A stretch of 64,000 bases of DNA from an uncultured virus (IMG/VR IMGVR_UViG_3300028833_000090) (Duplodnaviria; Heunggongvirae; Uroviricota; Caudoviricetes): the IMG/VR virus record IMGVR_UViG_3300028833_000090; one strand, given 5' to 3'. Below the pieces are notes generated by a model. It had not been told where the DNA came from and did no database searches. It was given only the letters and a program-made list of their open reading frames with translations. Below are positions 1 through 9,168 of this stretch, piece after piece. Each line of letters starts with the position of its first letter. Within the stretch, counting starts at the first letter, position 1. A program made the position numbers and the translations under genes.

Positions 1-1
1 C

Positions 2-919
2 GGAGGGTTCAAGACACCTTCTGGTACATATTACTCCTATAAAGAGTACGTACAGAAGTGTGTTGCAAATGGACAAATGGATGAACTTAATCAGATGATG
101 TCTGATTGGTTTGAAGTCTGTCCTAAATCACCCACAAAATGGGTTCAGGACCAAGACCGTACCGAAAACAGGGCAGGAGAGGAACTCGTTGTAGAGAACT
201 TCTTTAACCTCAATAATACGGATACGATTCCTGAGGGAACACTTTATATCTTCTTTGCTAATGTCTATAATGACAACGGTAATCACCCTGATAATATAAA
301 GGCTCAAATTACCATTAACGGTCGAACCACTGAGTTCGAATCTAATGGTGATTTCCGGGACGGTAATAATGTTATTGTTGCCGCTGTAATTGCAGAGGGT
401 AATAATAAGTTTAAGCTTATCACAGGTAATGAGTTATTGTCAGACACCAAATATGAAATAAAAGGTGTAGGCAATAGAACCATTAAGTCTTTGCTTCCAA
501 GCTATGTGAAAATAGCAGAAGTAACAAAGACTACAACACCTGAAGACTCTCGAGTTATATGGGGTTGTCCATGTGGTACTTTCTATCCAGTAGAGGCGGC
601 ATTTAAATCGCCTAACCACTGGCAGAAGCCTACAGTTGGTGATTTGAGTTATTTCTTCGCTATCCAAAATATGAGATGCGATCAAGAAATAAAATCTTAC
701 ACCCAGGATTCACTCTCCAAGGAGTTTACACTCTCGCTTGGAAAGCGATTTACTCAGTATCTTGCAACATTACCATCAATGGTATTGAAAGCAGATCCTA
801 ATCAGCCTCAATTGGCTGGTTTGGTTTACAACACTGCAGCATCTGATGTTGCTGTTGTAAAGTTGGGTATGCCTGACGGCAGCGATAAAGTTTACAGGGT
901 TACCTTCGGTAATGTGTAG
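2..919 (+). CDS. Hypothetical protein, 5'-truncated by window edge
   Basis: Frame of ORF 77..919 stays open back to position 2. Confidence 0.75.
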   Translation, partial: GGFKTPSGTYYSYKEYVQKCVANGQMDELNQMMSDWFEVCPKSPTKWVQDQDRTENRAGEELVVENFFNLNNTDTIPEGTLYIFFANVYNDNGNHPDNIKAQITINGRTTEFESNGDFRDGNNVIVAAVIAEGNNKFKLITGNELLSDTKYEIKGVGNRTIKSLLPSYVKIAEVTKTTTPEDSRVIWGCPCGTFYPVEAAFKSPNHWQKPTVGDLSYFFAIQNMRCDQEIKSYTQDSLSKEFTLSLGKRFTQYLATLPSMVLKADPNQPQLAGLVYNTAASDVAVVKLGMPDGSDKVYRVTFGNV

Positions 920-1013
920 ACTGACTTCATCATAAAAAACATATAGGGGCTATCTAAAAGCTTGATAGCCTCTATTTTGATATAATAAATAAAAAACTAT
1001 AAAAATATAAAAA

Positions 1014-1604
1014 ATGGAAAGAACCGAGAAAAATCTTCAGCGTCTCACGGCGCTTGCAGCACAGAATGTAATTGCTGCTGCAGAATTTGCAGGTCTTCTC
1101 TTCAGAGGCATAGACAACGAATGTCTTACCTTTAAAATGGCAGACCTTTGGAAATATGCTCGTAAGGCATCCTATGAGCCTATTGAGGAAAACAAGGTTG
1201 GCGCTAACACGTCAGTTCTTGCAAAACTCCTCAAGCAGGAGAAGGCAATCCTTGACAAGATGAATTGTCAACCCGCTGAGAACAACGATAATGATGACCT
1301 TGAGGGTTTTGTAATTATCAACAATACCAACAAGAAGGTTACAGTTGAGGATCTTCAGAAAGCCTTTGAATTGAAGGAACAGGAACTCCGAGTTGCTGTA
1401 CTTCAGTGGCTTAAATCTTGGGTTATACCTTATAAAACCCAGGAACGTCAAGAGATTGACGATGCTGAGAAGACTGCTCAAGAGAAGATTTCTAAGCAGA
1501 TTCGTAAAGACCGTCTTCTCGCCGAGAAAGAGAGAAGAGAGGCTGAAAAAGATATGGCTCTCTCTGATGAAGAGTTGGAGGAAGCTCTCAAAGAGTGTGA
1601 GTAA
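1014..1604 (+). CDS. Hypothetical protein with coiled-coil C-terminus
   Basis: 196-aa ORF, A-rich leader, charged helical tail. Confidence 0.8.
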   Translation: MERTEKNLQRLTALAAQNVIAAAEFAGLLFRGIDNECLTFKMADLWKYARKASYEPIEENKVGANTSVLAKLLKQEKAILDKMNCQPAENNDNDDLEGFVIINNTNKKVTVEDLQKAFELKEQELRVAVLQWLKSWVIPYKTQERQEIDDAEKTAQEKISKQIRKDRLLAEKERREAEKDMALSDEELEEALKECE

Positions 1605-1677
1605 TACACAACATAATAAAATATACCTAACTAATAACAAAAAATTAGTTAGGTATATTTACTTTTTATTCCGTTTG

Positions 1678-1742
1678 AAAACCTTATTTTGGAGGAGATA
1701 TAAACAGATATAAGTTTATATCTTCTTTTTATTTTTCTAGAT
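1678..1742 (+). promoter_or_regulatory. Recurrent promoter motif + leader hairpin + T-tract
   Basis: AAAACCTTA, then hairpin GGAGATATAAAC/GTTTATATCTTC, then TTTTTATTTTTCTAGAT; near-identical copy at 26940. Confidence 0.6.
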
Positions 1743-1769
1743 AATTAACTTTTTAATTTAATTTTTATT

Positions 1770-3089
1770 ATGGCATTGAAGAAATTTTCGGACCTTTCTG
1801 AGTCCGAATTTGAATCAATCTTCAAAACACCTGAAGATTGTATGAATTACCTCTGCTATTTGCAGATTAATTTATTAGTAAGTTCTAAATCAAAATGCCC
1901 AGATTGTGGGAAAGAACTTACTTTCGACACTTTGAAGATCGTAAAATCCTCAAATGGTCGCCCAATTGTTGTTCATCGTCACAAAAATGGCGCTGAATGG
2001 GGACAAGCTTTGTGCGGACATAGATTTGAAAGCTCAAAGCTGATGTTTTCCTTTACTGAGTCAGTAACTAAAAAAACTCGGAAAAGGGATGAAAAAGGCA
2101 AACCAATTCTTAAAACAGAATCAGTCACCTTTAAACCATTTGATCTTAAACTCGATAACCGAATTCTCGGTTTGTTTAAGATTACATGGGCGGTTGTAAG
2201 TAATAAAATTCCAACTAATATTCTTATTAGGAACACTGAAAGTGAGAATTGGCCTACTTACAATAAAAGAGTGGATTCAGTAATTTCTAACTACTGGGCT
2301 AATTGCGCTAAAAGTAATGGCGAAGAGGATGAAATTACTCGAGTAGAATTTCTTAATTACCTCACAACAATCTTTTCTACCGTAAAGAAATTTGGAAAAG
2401 ATTTCATGGGGGTAGTTAAATCCGATCTTATTACACCTTCTCAGAAAGAGGAAAAGGCTCCTGTTTATTCCCCTGACGTAGAAGTATACTCAGAGGAGGA
2501 TGGAAAGGAGATTCAGGAAACAAATATTCCTGCCACTCAGGGTGGTGAAGGTGATATTGCTTCTGAAAATGAATCAACTGAGGCCAAAAAGAGGGTGTAT
2601 CCTGTTGGAACCTCTCTTATGGTTAGACGGATTTATTGTCTTATCTATGATGAAATAGATAAGAATCCGGACCAGCGTGATGTACTACTCTACAAAGGAT
2701 ACCTCGCTGCAGCGGCACAAAGGTACGCCGAAGGCGATAAACAATCCTATAATAGGGTTCTTCACGAAATGCCTGGATTCGATAATTTTGACCACGTTAA
2801 AAACGTGTGTGAAAATTATCTTAACATAATAAATTCACCACTTTTAGGAGCAAAGTCTCTTTGCAATCCGAATATTAAATCGGAAGAGGAAGAATCACCT
2901 TCTGGTGAATGCAAGTTGATTTTGTCCACAGAATTGGATGAAATTTACGAGAAATCCCCGAAAAAGGATTTCAATTTAACTGAATATTTCTGGACTATCA
3001 AGGATTTTATCCAGATTGTCAAGGAATCTTTAGGTTACGAACTTAATGAAAATTTAGTTTGTAAATATTTCGAAAGCAAATTGAAATAA
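1770..3089 (+). CDS. Protein with N-terminal IS1595-type zinc-ribbon-like domain
   Basis: FESIFKTPEDCMNYL...KCPDCG resembles Zn_Tnp_IS1595; no DDE domain recognised. Confidence 0.6.
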   Translation: MALKKFSDLSESEFESIFKTPEDCMNYLCYLQINLLVSSKSKCPDCGKELTFDTLKIVKSSNGRPIVVHRHKNGAEWGQALCGHRFESSKLMFSFTESVTKKTRKRDEKGKPILKTESVTFKPFDLKLDNRILGLFKITWAVVSNKIPTNILIRNTESENWPTYNKRVDSVISNYWANCAKSNGEEDEITRVEFLNYLTTIFSTVKKFGKDFMGVVKSDLITPSQKEEKAPVYSPDVEVYSEEDGKEIQETNIPATQGGEGDIASENESTEAKKRVYPVGTSLMVRRIYCLIYDEIDKNPDQRDVLLYKGYLAAAAQRYAEGDKQSYNRVLHEMPGFDNFDHVKNVCENYLNIINSPLLGAKSLCNPNIKSEEEESPSGECKLILSTELDEIYEKSPKKDFNLTEYFWTIKDFIQIVKESLGYELNENLVCKYFESKLK

Positions 3090-3234
3090 TTTACAAATCA
3101 CAATATATAAAATAAACCATCTTTTTAGGTGGTTTATTTTTTTTTTATTCCAAAAATTCTCCCCCTCAAATTCTTACTAGAGAATAATTTTCATATAAAA
3201 ATAGAATTAATAATTAAAAATATAAATTTCAAAA

Positions 3235-6141
3235 ATGGATAAAGACAAAGACGCAGCAGCAATGGACTTTTTGAAAGATCTTACTAAATTTTTCTCAAAG
3301 ATCGGTCCTGGTTCTAAACTTTCAGCTGAGGAAAGAGAGGCTGAGTTTCAGAATTTTGCTAAAGATCAGATGTCTTCCTGGACGGAGGAACAAAGAGAGA
3401 ATTTTAGAGGCAGACTTAAGAAGAAATTCTTATCAGAGGAGTTTAGTGAGAACTTAACTGATAATTCATCTAAAGTAATTAAAAGATTGAATGCTTTAGG
3501 TGATAGTTTTATAAGTGTTCCATCGCTTATTTACGATATATTCAAAAATTCCGGTGGGTCACTTTTAGATGATTCTCCTATATTGGCTCAGGCAATATCT
3601 ACAAAGTCTCAGCAAGACTTCGAGGGGTTCTATAAGAAACTCAATGATTTAACAGCGAAACAATCTGATCTTTATGATAGTTTGGATCCTGCTAATAAAC
3701 TTTACATGCTATTTACATCTATTTCGTTTATTCAAGATTCGATTAGTGATGTAATTAGGGCATCATTGTCTACCCTTAACACTAAATTTCAGCCGAATGG
3801 TGATGCTGAAATGACTGCCGCATTATCTTCAATGATTAGTGCATTGGGTAATCATAAGTTTACTACAGAAGATCTTTTGCTTGCAGTTATCAATAAAATA
3901 GTTCATTCGGTTGCGAATAAAACTGTTAACATAGCTATTGACGTTGACCTAATTAAAGCTCTTCATGACTTTGGATTGACAGATAAAGTCATTTTAGAGG
4001 CCTGGAGAAGAGATTTCTTTAATAGAATTTCAGAAGAGGCTAAAGAATACATACCAGAAAATATGCCTCAACCACCTTCATTCGAAAGAATTACAGAGAA
4101 GGAGTTTGTAGAAGCTGGTAATGATGGATCAAGAAAAGTGGTTAACAAAAAGAAAGTTGATGTTAATCCGTCTGGTGAAAAGAAATCTGCTACGCCATAT
4201 TTGGATAGATTTGGCGTTGATCTCTGTGAGAAAGCTCGAAAGGGTGAGGTAGATCCACTTATTGGTCGTACTGAAGAGATTAACGACATGTTCAGAATAC
4301 TTTGCAACAGAAAGAAAAAATCCGTTGCATTAGTAGGTAAGGCAGGTTGTGGTAAAACTTCTTTAGTAGAGGAACTAGCAAGACTTATTGTAAGTGGTAA
4401 AGTTCCAGATAAGCTAAAGGATGTTAGGTTAGTTTCTATTCCTATTTTCAGTATAAAAGCTGGAGCCAGTCTTCGCGGTGAGCTTGAAGGTAGGTTAGAA
4501 GGAATTATAAAGGAAGTTCTATCTTCAGGACAGAAGATAATCCTTTATATGGATGAGATGCATCAATTTGGTTCTGGTGTTGATGGTAATACTATATCAG
4601 ATGTACTAAAGCCGTATCTTGCTAATGGTTCTATTACCTTAATTGGTTCTACAACTGATTCAGAGTTTAGAAGATATATTGAGAATGATAGAGCTATGGT
4701 AAGAAGGTTTAGCAAGATCATTATAGAGGAACCATCAATTGATGAAACTATTGAGATTCTCAAGAAATCTATGGATAACTATTCAACTTACCATAAAGTT
4801 CAATATCCAGATGATGTAATTGAATTTGCTGTTAAAACAAGTTCTAGATATCTCCACGATAATGCCAATCCCGATCTTTCTTTGAATATTCTTGATAGAG
4901 CAGGTTCAGCTTGTGAGCTTTCACATAAGACTGCTCATAACAAAGTTAAAAAGCAGATTAAAGCTTATGAGAAAGAACTAAAGGATCTAACTGGAAAAAG
5001 AACTACTCTAGTTTTTGAATCTGCTAATGATCCTAATAAGCTTGTTGAGATTAATGCAATCCAACCAAGAATAGAGGAATTGGAAAAGGATATAGCTAAC
5101 CTCAAAAATCCACAGAAAGCTGATAGAACAACATGGCCTGCTGTTACGATTAAAGACGTAGCCACCGTTATATCAGATGCAGCTAATGTTCCAATTGATA
5201 TTATACTTGAGCCTGAAATCGATAAGTTGGCAAAACTTAAAGAGGTAATAGGTAAGGTAGTAATAGGACAAGATCAAGCTGTCGATACAATGGCAAGAGC
5301 TTTGTGTAGGTCTTATCTCGGACTTAGAAATCCGAAGAGACCAGTAGCTTCTTTCATGTTTATCGGACCTACCGGTGTAGGTAAAACTGAATTAGCTAAG
5401 AAAACAGCTGAAATTGTTTTCGGAACAGAAGAGGCTTTCTTGAGAATTGATGGCGGTGAATATAGCCAACCTCATACTGATACAAAACTTCTTGGTGCTC
5501 CTCCATCATTCGTTGGTTTTGGTACAACTCCACCTGTGTTTGAGAAAATTAGAAAAAGACCGTATACTTTGGTGTTGGTTGATGAGGTGGAAAAAATTCA
5601 CCCTGATATAGTGAACAAGGTATTCTTGTCTATCCTCGATGAGGGTACTGTTACTATGTCTGATCAAACAGTTATCGATATGAGAAACTGTGTCATTGTA
5701 TTTACAGGTAACATCGGATCTACTTCAGCTAATAAAGTTTCATTCAACCTCAACCAGAATGAAGAAGAACAAGCTGAAGCTGTTAGAAAGGGTTACATGA
5801 GTGCAATGAAAGCATATTTCAGACCGGAGTTTTTGGGTAGGCTTACTGAAGTTGTTTGCTTTAATCAGCTTAATTCAGAGCAAATGCATTCTATTCTCGA
5901 ACTTGAAATTGAGAAGTTTAAGGATAGAACTGGAAAGTCTTTGACTTTGACAGATGCTTTAAAGGATTATCTTATATCTAAGGTAGACTTTAAACTCGGA
6001 GCTAGAAATCTCGGTGTCGTAATTCAAAAGGAGATCGAAGATAAGATAGCTGACGCTATTCTTAATAATAAGAAGCTCTATAAGAAAACAGCTATAGAAG
6101 CTGATTATAAGGATGGCGATGTAAAACTAAATTTCAAATAG
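3235..6141 (+). CDS. ClpB/ClpC-family double AAA+ ATPase with atypical N-terminal domain
   Basis: Walker A GKAGCGKT and GPTGVGKT, Walker B LYMDE and LVDEVEK, RGELEGRL, LLGAPPSFVG, FRPEFLGR, GARNL; coiled-coil middle domain. Confidence 0.93.
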   Translation: MDKDKDAAAMDFLKDLTKFFSKIGPGSKLSAEEREAEFQNFAKDQMSSWTEEQRENFRGRLKKKFLSEEFSENLTDNSSKVIKRLNALGDSFISVPSLIYDIFKNSGGSLLDDSPILAQAISTKSQQDFEGFYKKLNDLTAKQSDLYDSLDPANKLYMLFTSISFIQDSISDVIRASLSTLNTKFQPNGDAEMTAALSSMISALGNHKFTTEDLLLAVINKIVHSVANKTVNIAIDVDLIKALHDFGLTDKVILEAWRRDFFNRISEEAKEYIPENMPQPPSFERITEKEFVEAGNDGSRKVVNKKKVDVNPSGEKKSATPYLDRFGVDLCEKARKGEVDPLIGRTEEINDMFRILCNRKKKSVALVGKAGCGKTSLVEELARLIVSGKVPDKLKDVRLVSIPIFSIKAGASLRGELEGRLEGIIKEVLSSGQKIILYMDEMHQFGSGVDGNTISDVLKPYLANGSITLIGSTTDSEFRRYIENDRAMVRRFSKIIIEEPSIDETIEILKKSMDNYSTYHKVQYPDDVIEFAVKTSSRYLHDNANPDLSLNILDRAGSACELSHKTAHNKVKKQIKAYEKELKDLTGKRTTLVFESANDPNKLVEINAIQPRIEELEKDIANLKNPQKADRTTWPAVTIKDVATVISDAANVPIDIILEPEIDKLAKLKEVIGKVVIGQDQAVDTMARALCRSYLGLRNPKRPVASFMFIGPTGVGKTELAKKTAEIVFGTEEAFLRIDGGEYSQPHTDTKLLGAPPSFVGFGTTPPVFEKIRKRPYTLVLVDEVEKIHPDIVNKVFLSILDEGTVTMSDQTVIDMRNCVIVFTGNIGSTSANKVSFNLNQNEEEQAEAVRKGYMSAMKAYFRPEFLGRLTEVVCFNQLNSEQMHSILELEIEKFKDRTGKSLTLTDALKDYLISKVDFKLGARNLGVVIQKEIEDKIADAILNNKKLYKKTAIEADYKDGDVKLNFK

Positions 6142-6202
6142 AATATTACTAATTATTGAAAGTGGGGGCTACGGCCTCTACTTTCATTTTTATTATTACA
6201 AA

Positions 6203-7114
6203 ATGGAAAAGACTTATAAACAATCCGTCGTATTCCATAATTACCCCTATGGAATGTACATTAAGCTTTACAGAGGAGGATTTGATAGAAAAAATAAAAA
6301 GGGAATGGATCCCTGTTATAGAAGTGAAACTCCAGTAAATGATATGGTTAGTGGCAGAACTCCTGATCATTATCCAATAGAACGAGGGATAATACTCTCA
6401 TCAATGAATAAATATAATAACTCTATCTCTAAAGAATGGTTTATTAGGGTTGGAAAATTTTTCTTTGGAGAAGATTTTGAAGAAAAAATGGCTGATATCA
6501 AAGAGGATGAGTTTATCGCGGTTGATGGAGAATGGATGTTGGTTTTCTCTCACTGCAATGATTTAGTACTGTACAGAAAAGAAGATAATAACTTTATACC
6601 TAAAAAGGTAACTAAAGAATGTACGGAATATTCTAAATTTTACAAGACTTGGAATAATCTATATGGGTTCCGTTGTCGTAAAAATGAAAAAGGGAAATAC
6701 ACCGTAAAAGGTTATGATTTTGGTAAAGTAGGTTTTGTGTTAACTTCACCCCCTTCACATTATAGAGATTTCTTACCAGAATATGGTAAGACTGTTGAAA
6801 TGAAGAGTATGACTGAACCTTGGGGCGATTATGTTGACAGAATATACGAACTTCCACCAATAGATCTTGGAAAATCTTGGGACTATACTGATGAAGAGAA
6901 GTCCAAGTTTAAGGAGGAAGCAGATAAGATTATTCACAAAAGAAAAGAAGAAGATAAAAAGTTGGAGGAGAGAAAACATACACCAGGATACTGTGAATTA
7001 TGTGGAGAGCCAGCTGAATATGTAATAGACCCCTATGATGAAGATATAAATAATATTATTGTGTATAGATGGCTATGTCCACATTGCTTAACATCTATTG
7101 CCGGTGATATTTAA
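6203..7114 (+). CDS. Hypothetical protein with C-terminal zinc finger
   Basis: CELCG...LCPHC. Confidence 0.8.
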   Translation: MEKTYKQSVVFHNYPYGMYIKLYRGGFDRKNKKGMDPCYRSETPVNDMVSGRTPDHYPIERGIILSSMNKYNNSISKEWFIRVGKFFFGEDFEEKMADIKEDEFIAVDGEWMLVFSHCNDLVLYRKEDNNFIPKKVTKECTEYSKFYKTWNNLYGFRCRKNEKGKYTVKGYDFGKVGFVLTSPPSHYRDFLPEYGKTVEMKSMTEPWGDYVDRIYELPPIDLGKSWDYTDEEKSKFKEEADKIIHKRKEEDKKLEERKHTPGYCELCGEPAEYVIDPYDEDINNIIVYRWLCPHCLTSIAGDI

Positions 7115-7165
7115 AAAAAAAGAAATACATACAAATCTTAAATGAAATGTATGTATTTCTTTTTT
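7113..7165. terminator. Bidirectional intrinsic terminator
   Basis: A-tract AGAAATACATACA / TGTATGTATTTCT T-tract between convergent genes. Confidence 0.75.
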
Positions 7166-7302
7166 AGTCCCTCAGGGACTTCTTCCTCCCAACTCCACCC
7201 CGACAATTGTCCCGGGTCCGGTGGGTAGTCCGTTTTTATCGGAGCCAGTTAACCAGTTGGAAAACGGAATAACCTTTAAATTGTTAATATTCATGTAAAT
7301 TT

Positions 7303-7626
7303 TTATTTAGAAATTTTTTTTAAATTCTTTAAATAAATTTTTCCGCAACTAGGAGTTGCCCAGGCTCCTTTAAGATACCAACGACAACTTCTAACCCACC
7401 CGCACTCCTTAGAGTTTTTCCAGCCTGAATAGACTTTGCTCCAGTGGGTGGAGTAGCGGATAACGTAGTATCCGTTCTTGTCTTTTCCATACCAGTATTT
7501 GCTACCAGATTTGGAAGTGTAATCGGCCTTTCTATTTGGTCGCTTACAACAAGTCCAGATACCCTCAGTACTAATGAAGAAGGTGGAAAAAGCCTCCCCC
7601 TCTTCTTCTTTAGTAATTCTTGGCAT
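7303..7626 (-). CDS. Hypothetical basic, Trp-rich protein
   Basis: 107-aa ORF; DYTSKSGSKYWY...IRYSTHW. Confidence 0.75.
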   Translation of the reverse strand: MPRITKEEEGEAFSTFFISTEGIWTCCKRPNRKADYTSKSGSKYWYGKDKNGYYVIRYSTHWSKVYSGWKNSKECGWVRSCRWYLKGAWATPSCGKIYLKNLKKISK

Positions 7627-7631
7627 TTTGA

Positions 7632-8105
7632 TTACCTATTATGGTAACCGTATTTTTCCTCAATTTCCAAGAGATGCTCATAAGCTTTCCCATCGAAATC
7701 GAGATCGAAATCGTTTGTCCATTCTTGCTTTGTACCTGGGATTCTCATGAGAATCTCTCTATCGTAACTAACGAATTCGCATTCGTTAGTGTCGTTAACC
7801 TTAACGATTACAAAGTAATCGCTGTAGGGGTAACGCTTTGGGTTCCACCACGTACCCTTAGACCAAACCCATGGGCTGGACTTCATTATGTCCATGCATT
7901 TTTTATAGTCTTTAGGATATTTCAACTTAAAGTCATGTGCGGAAAGAACTTCCGTCACGGTGACAGTAAGGTGGCGTATTCTACGAAGTTTCCCATCGTG
8001 GAATGCGTGATATACTTTACCCACCTCAGGCAAGAGCCCAGCAGGGGTGAGTCCTTTTGCTCTAGGGGAAGTATATTTCCTCCAGAGTATCTTTTTGGTT
8101 TTCAT
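7632..8105 (-). CDS. Hypothetical protein
   Basis: Start MKTKK chosen downstream of leader hairpin element 8133-8190. Confidence 0.75.
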   Translation of the reverse strand: MKTKKILWRKYTSPRAKGLTPAGLLPEVGKVYHAFHDGKLRRIRHLTVTVTEVLSAHDFKLKYPKDYKKCMDIMKSSPWVWSKGTWWNPKRYPYSDYFVIVKVNDTNECEFVSYDREILMRIPGTKQEWTNDFDLDFDGKAYEHLLEIEEKYGYHNR

Positions 8106-8299
8106 ATTACTAGTAGTTTTATTGTTATTGATTTGAAAAATAAAGAGGATAAGCAAAACACGCCTATTCTCAATAATAAGGGTTTTAAAGGGAAGAAACA
8201 GTGATCTTTTAATTCTCTAAAACGTAAAAATAGGGCATCTAGAAAGCACCCAAATTCTAATAGATGATTAAAAATAAAATTTAGCGTAATTTGTGAAAT

Positions 8300-8380
8300 G
8301 CGGGTGTGACGGAATGGGTAGACGTAGCACGTTTAGAGCGTGCCGCCAAAAGCGTGGGGGTTCGAGTCCCTTCACCCGTA
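8300..8380 (+). tRNA. tRNA-Leu(TAG)
   Basis: Cloverleaf; GCACG-TTTAGAG-CGTGC, variable arm, TTCGAGT. Confidence 0.95.
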
Positions 8381-8388
8381 CAAAAACT

Positions 8389-8533
8389 GGGGTACAGTAG
8401 TAGTTAAATTGGCTGGAAGCCAGCATTTTCCTTTTTAGGAATTAGGAAGGAAAATGTACTCTGTTCGAGGTTTAAACTGTCGATTCATTATCGATAGAAG
8501 TTTTGACCTGTAGTTCGAATCCGAAGTACTCCA
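8389..8533 (+). ncRNA. Unknown multi-hairpin RNA with acceptor-like closing stem
   Basis: GGGGTAC/GTACTCC-A closure; hairpins CATTTTCCTT/AAGGAAAATG, CTGTCGAT/ATCGATAG, TTCG-AATC-CGAA. Confidence 0.55.
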
Positions 8534-8626
8534 CGATGAGCCTATGGAATCCAGGCCGTGCTAATAAGTAAATTAGATTTTATTCCCTTGATTCCAGGGT
8601 GACATATCGGAAAGACGGTAAATTGT

Positions 8627-8712
8627 GCTGGGATGGCGGAACTGGTAGACGCGGAGGTCTTAAAAATCTCTGGGCAGTAATGCCCTTGGGGGTTCGAATC
8701 CCCCTCCCAGTA
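8627..8712 (+). tRNA. tRNA-Leu(TAA)
   Basis: GAGGT-CTTAAAA-ATCTC, long variable arm. Confidence 0.95.
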
Positions 8713-8724
8713 CTATTATAAAAC

Positions 8725-8798
8725 GGTGCGTTAGTTCAGCTGGCTAGAATGCCTGCCTGTCACGCAGGAGGTCACGGGTTCGATCCCCGTACGTACCG
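8725..8798 (+). tRNA. tRNA-Asp(GTC)
   Basis: CCTGC-CTGTCAC-GCAGG. Confidence 0.95.
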
Positions 8799-8805
8799 CT
8801 ATTTT

Positions 8806-8879
8806 GGGGACATAACTCAGTGGTCCAGAGTGCCTCCCTTACAAGGAGGAAGTCGGTGGTTCGACTCCACCTGTCCCCA
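8806..8879 (+). tRNA. tRNA-Val(TAC)
   Basis: CCTCC-CTTACAA-GGAGG. Confidence 0.95.
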
Positions 8880-8897
8880 CAAAATTCTCTCTCACCT

Positions 8898-9030
8898 AGG
8901 TGGTTGGCGGAATAGGTAGACGCGCGGGGCTAACATCTCTCTGAGATCTGAACTCTGTGCCCTCGTCCTTCTTTCAGGCGACTGAATTAAGGGTAAGTAG
9001 GGCGTACAGGTTCGAATCCTGAACTGCCTA
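8898..9030 (+). ncRNA. Leu-type tRNA-like RNA with enlarged anticodon loop and variable arm
   Basis: Acceptor AGGTGGT/ACTGCCT-A, Leu D-arm GGCGGAATAGGTAGACGC, T-loop GTTCGAATC; 23-nt anticodon loop; ~47-nt variable hairpin. Confidence 0.8.
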
Positions 9031-9168
9031 GCGGAGAATTTTCTTTTTAAGAAATAAAAATAACTAATCAAATACGATTAGTTATTTTTTTTTTGTTTCT
9101 TTCAAGTATTTCAGGAGTTCCCTTGAAATTCTAAATAGTGACTGAATACTAATTAAATTGATAATAAC

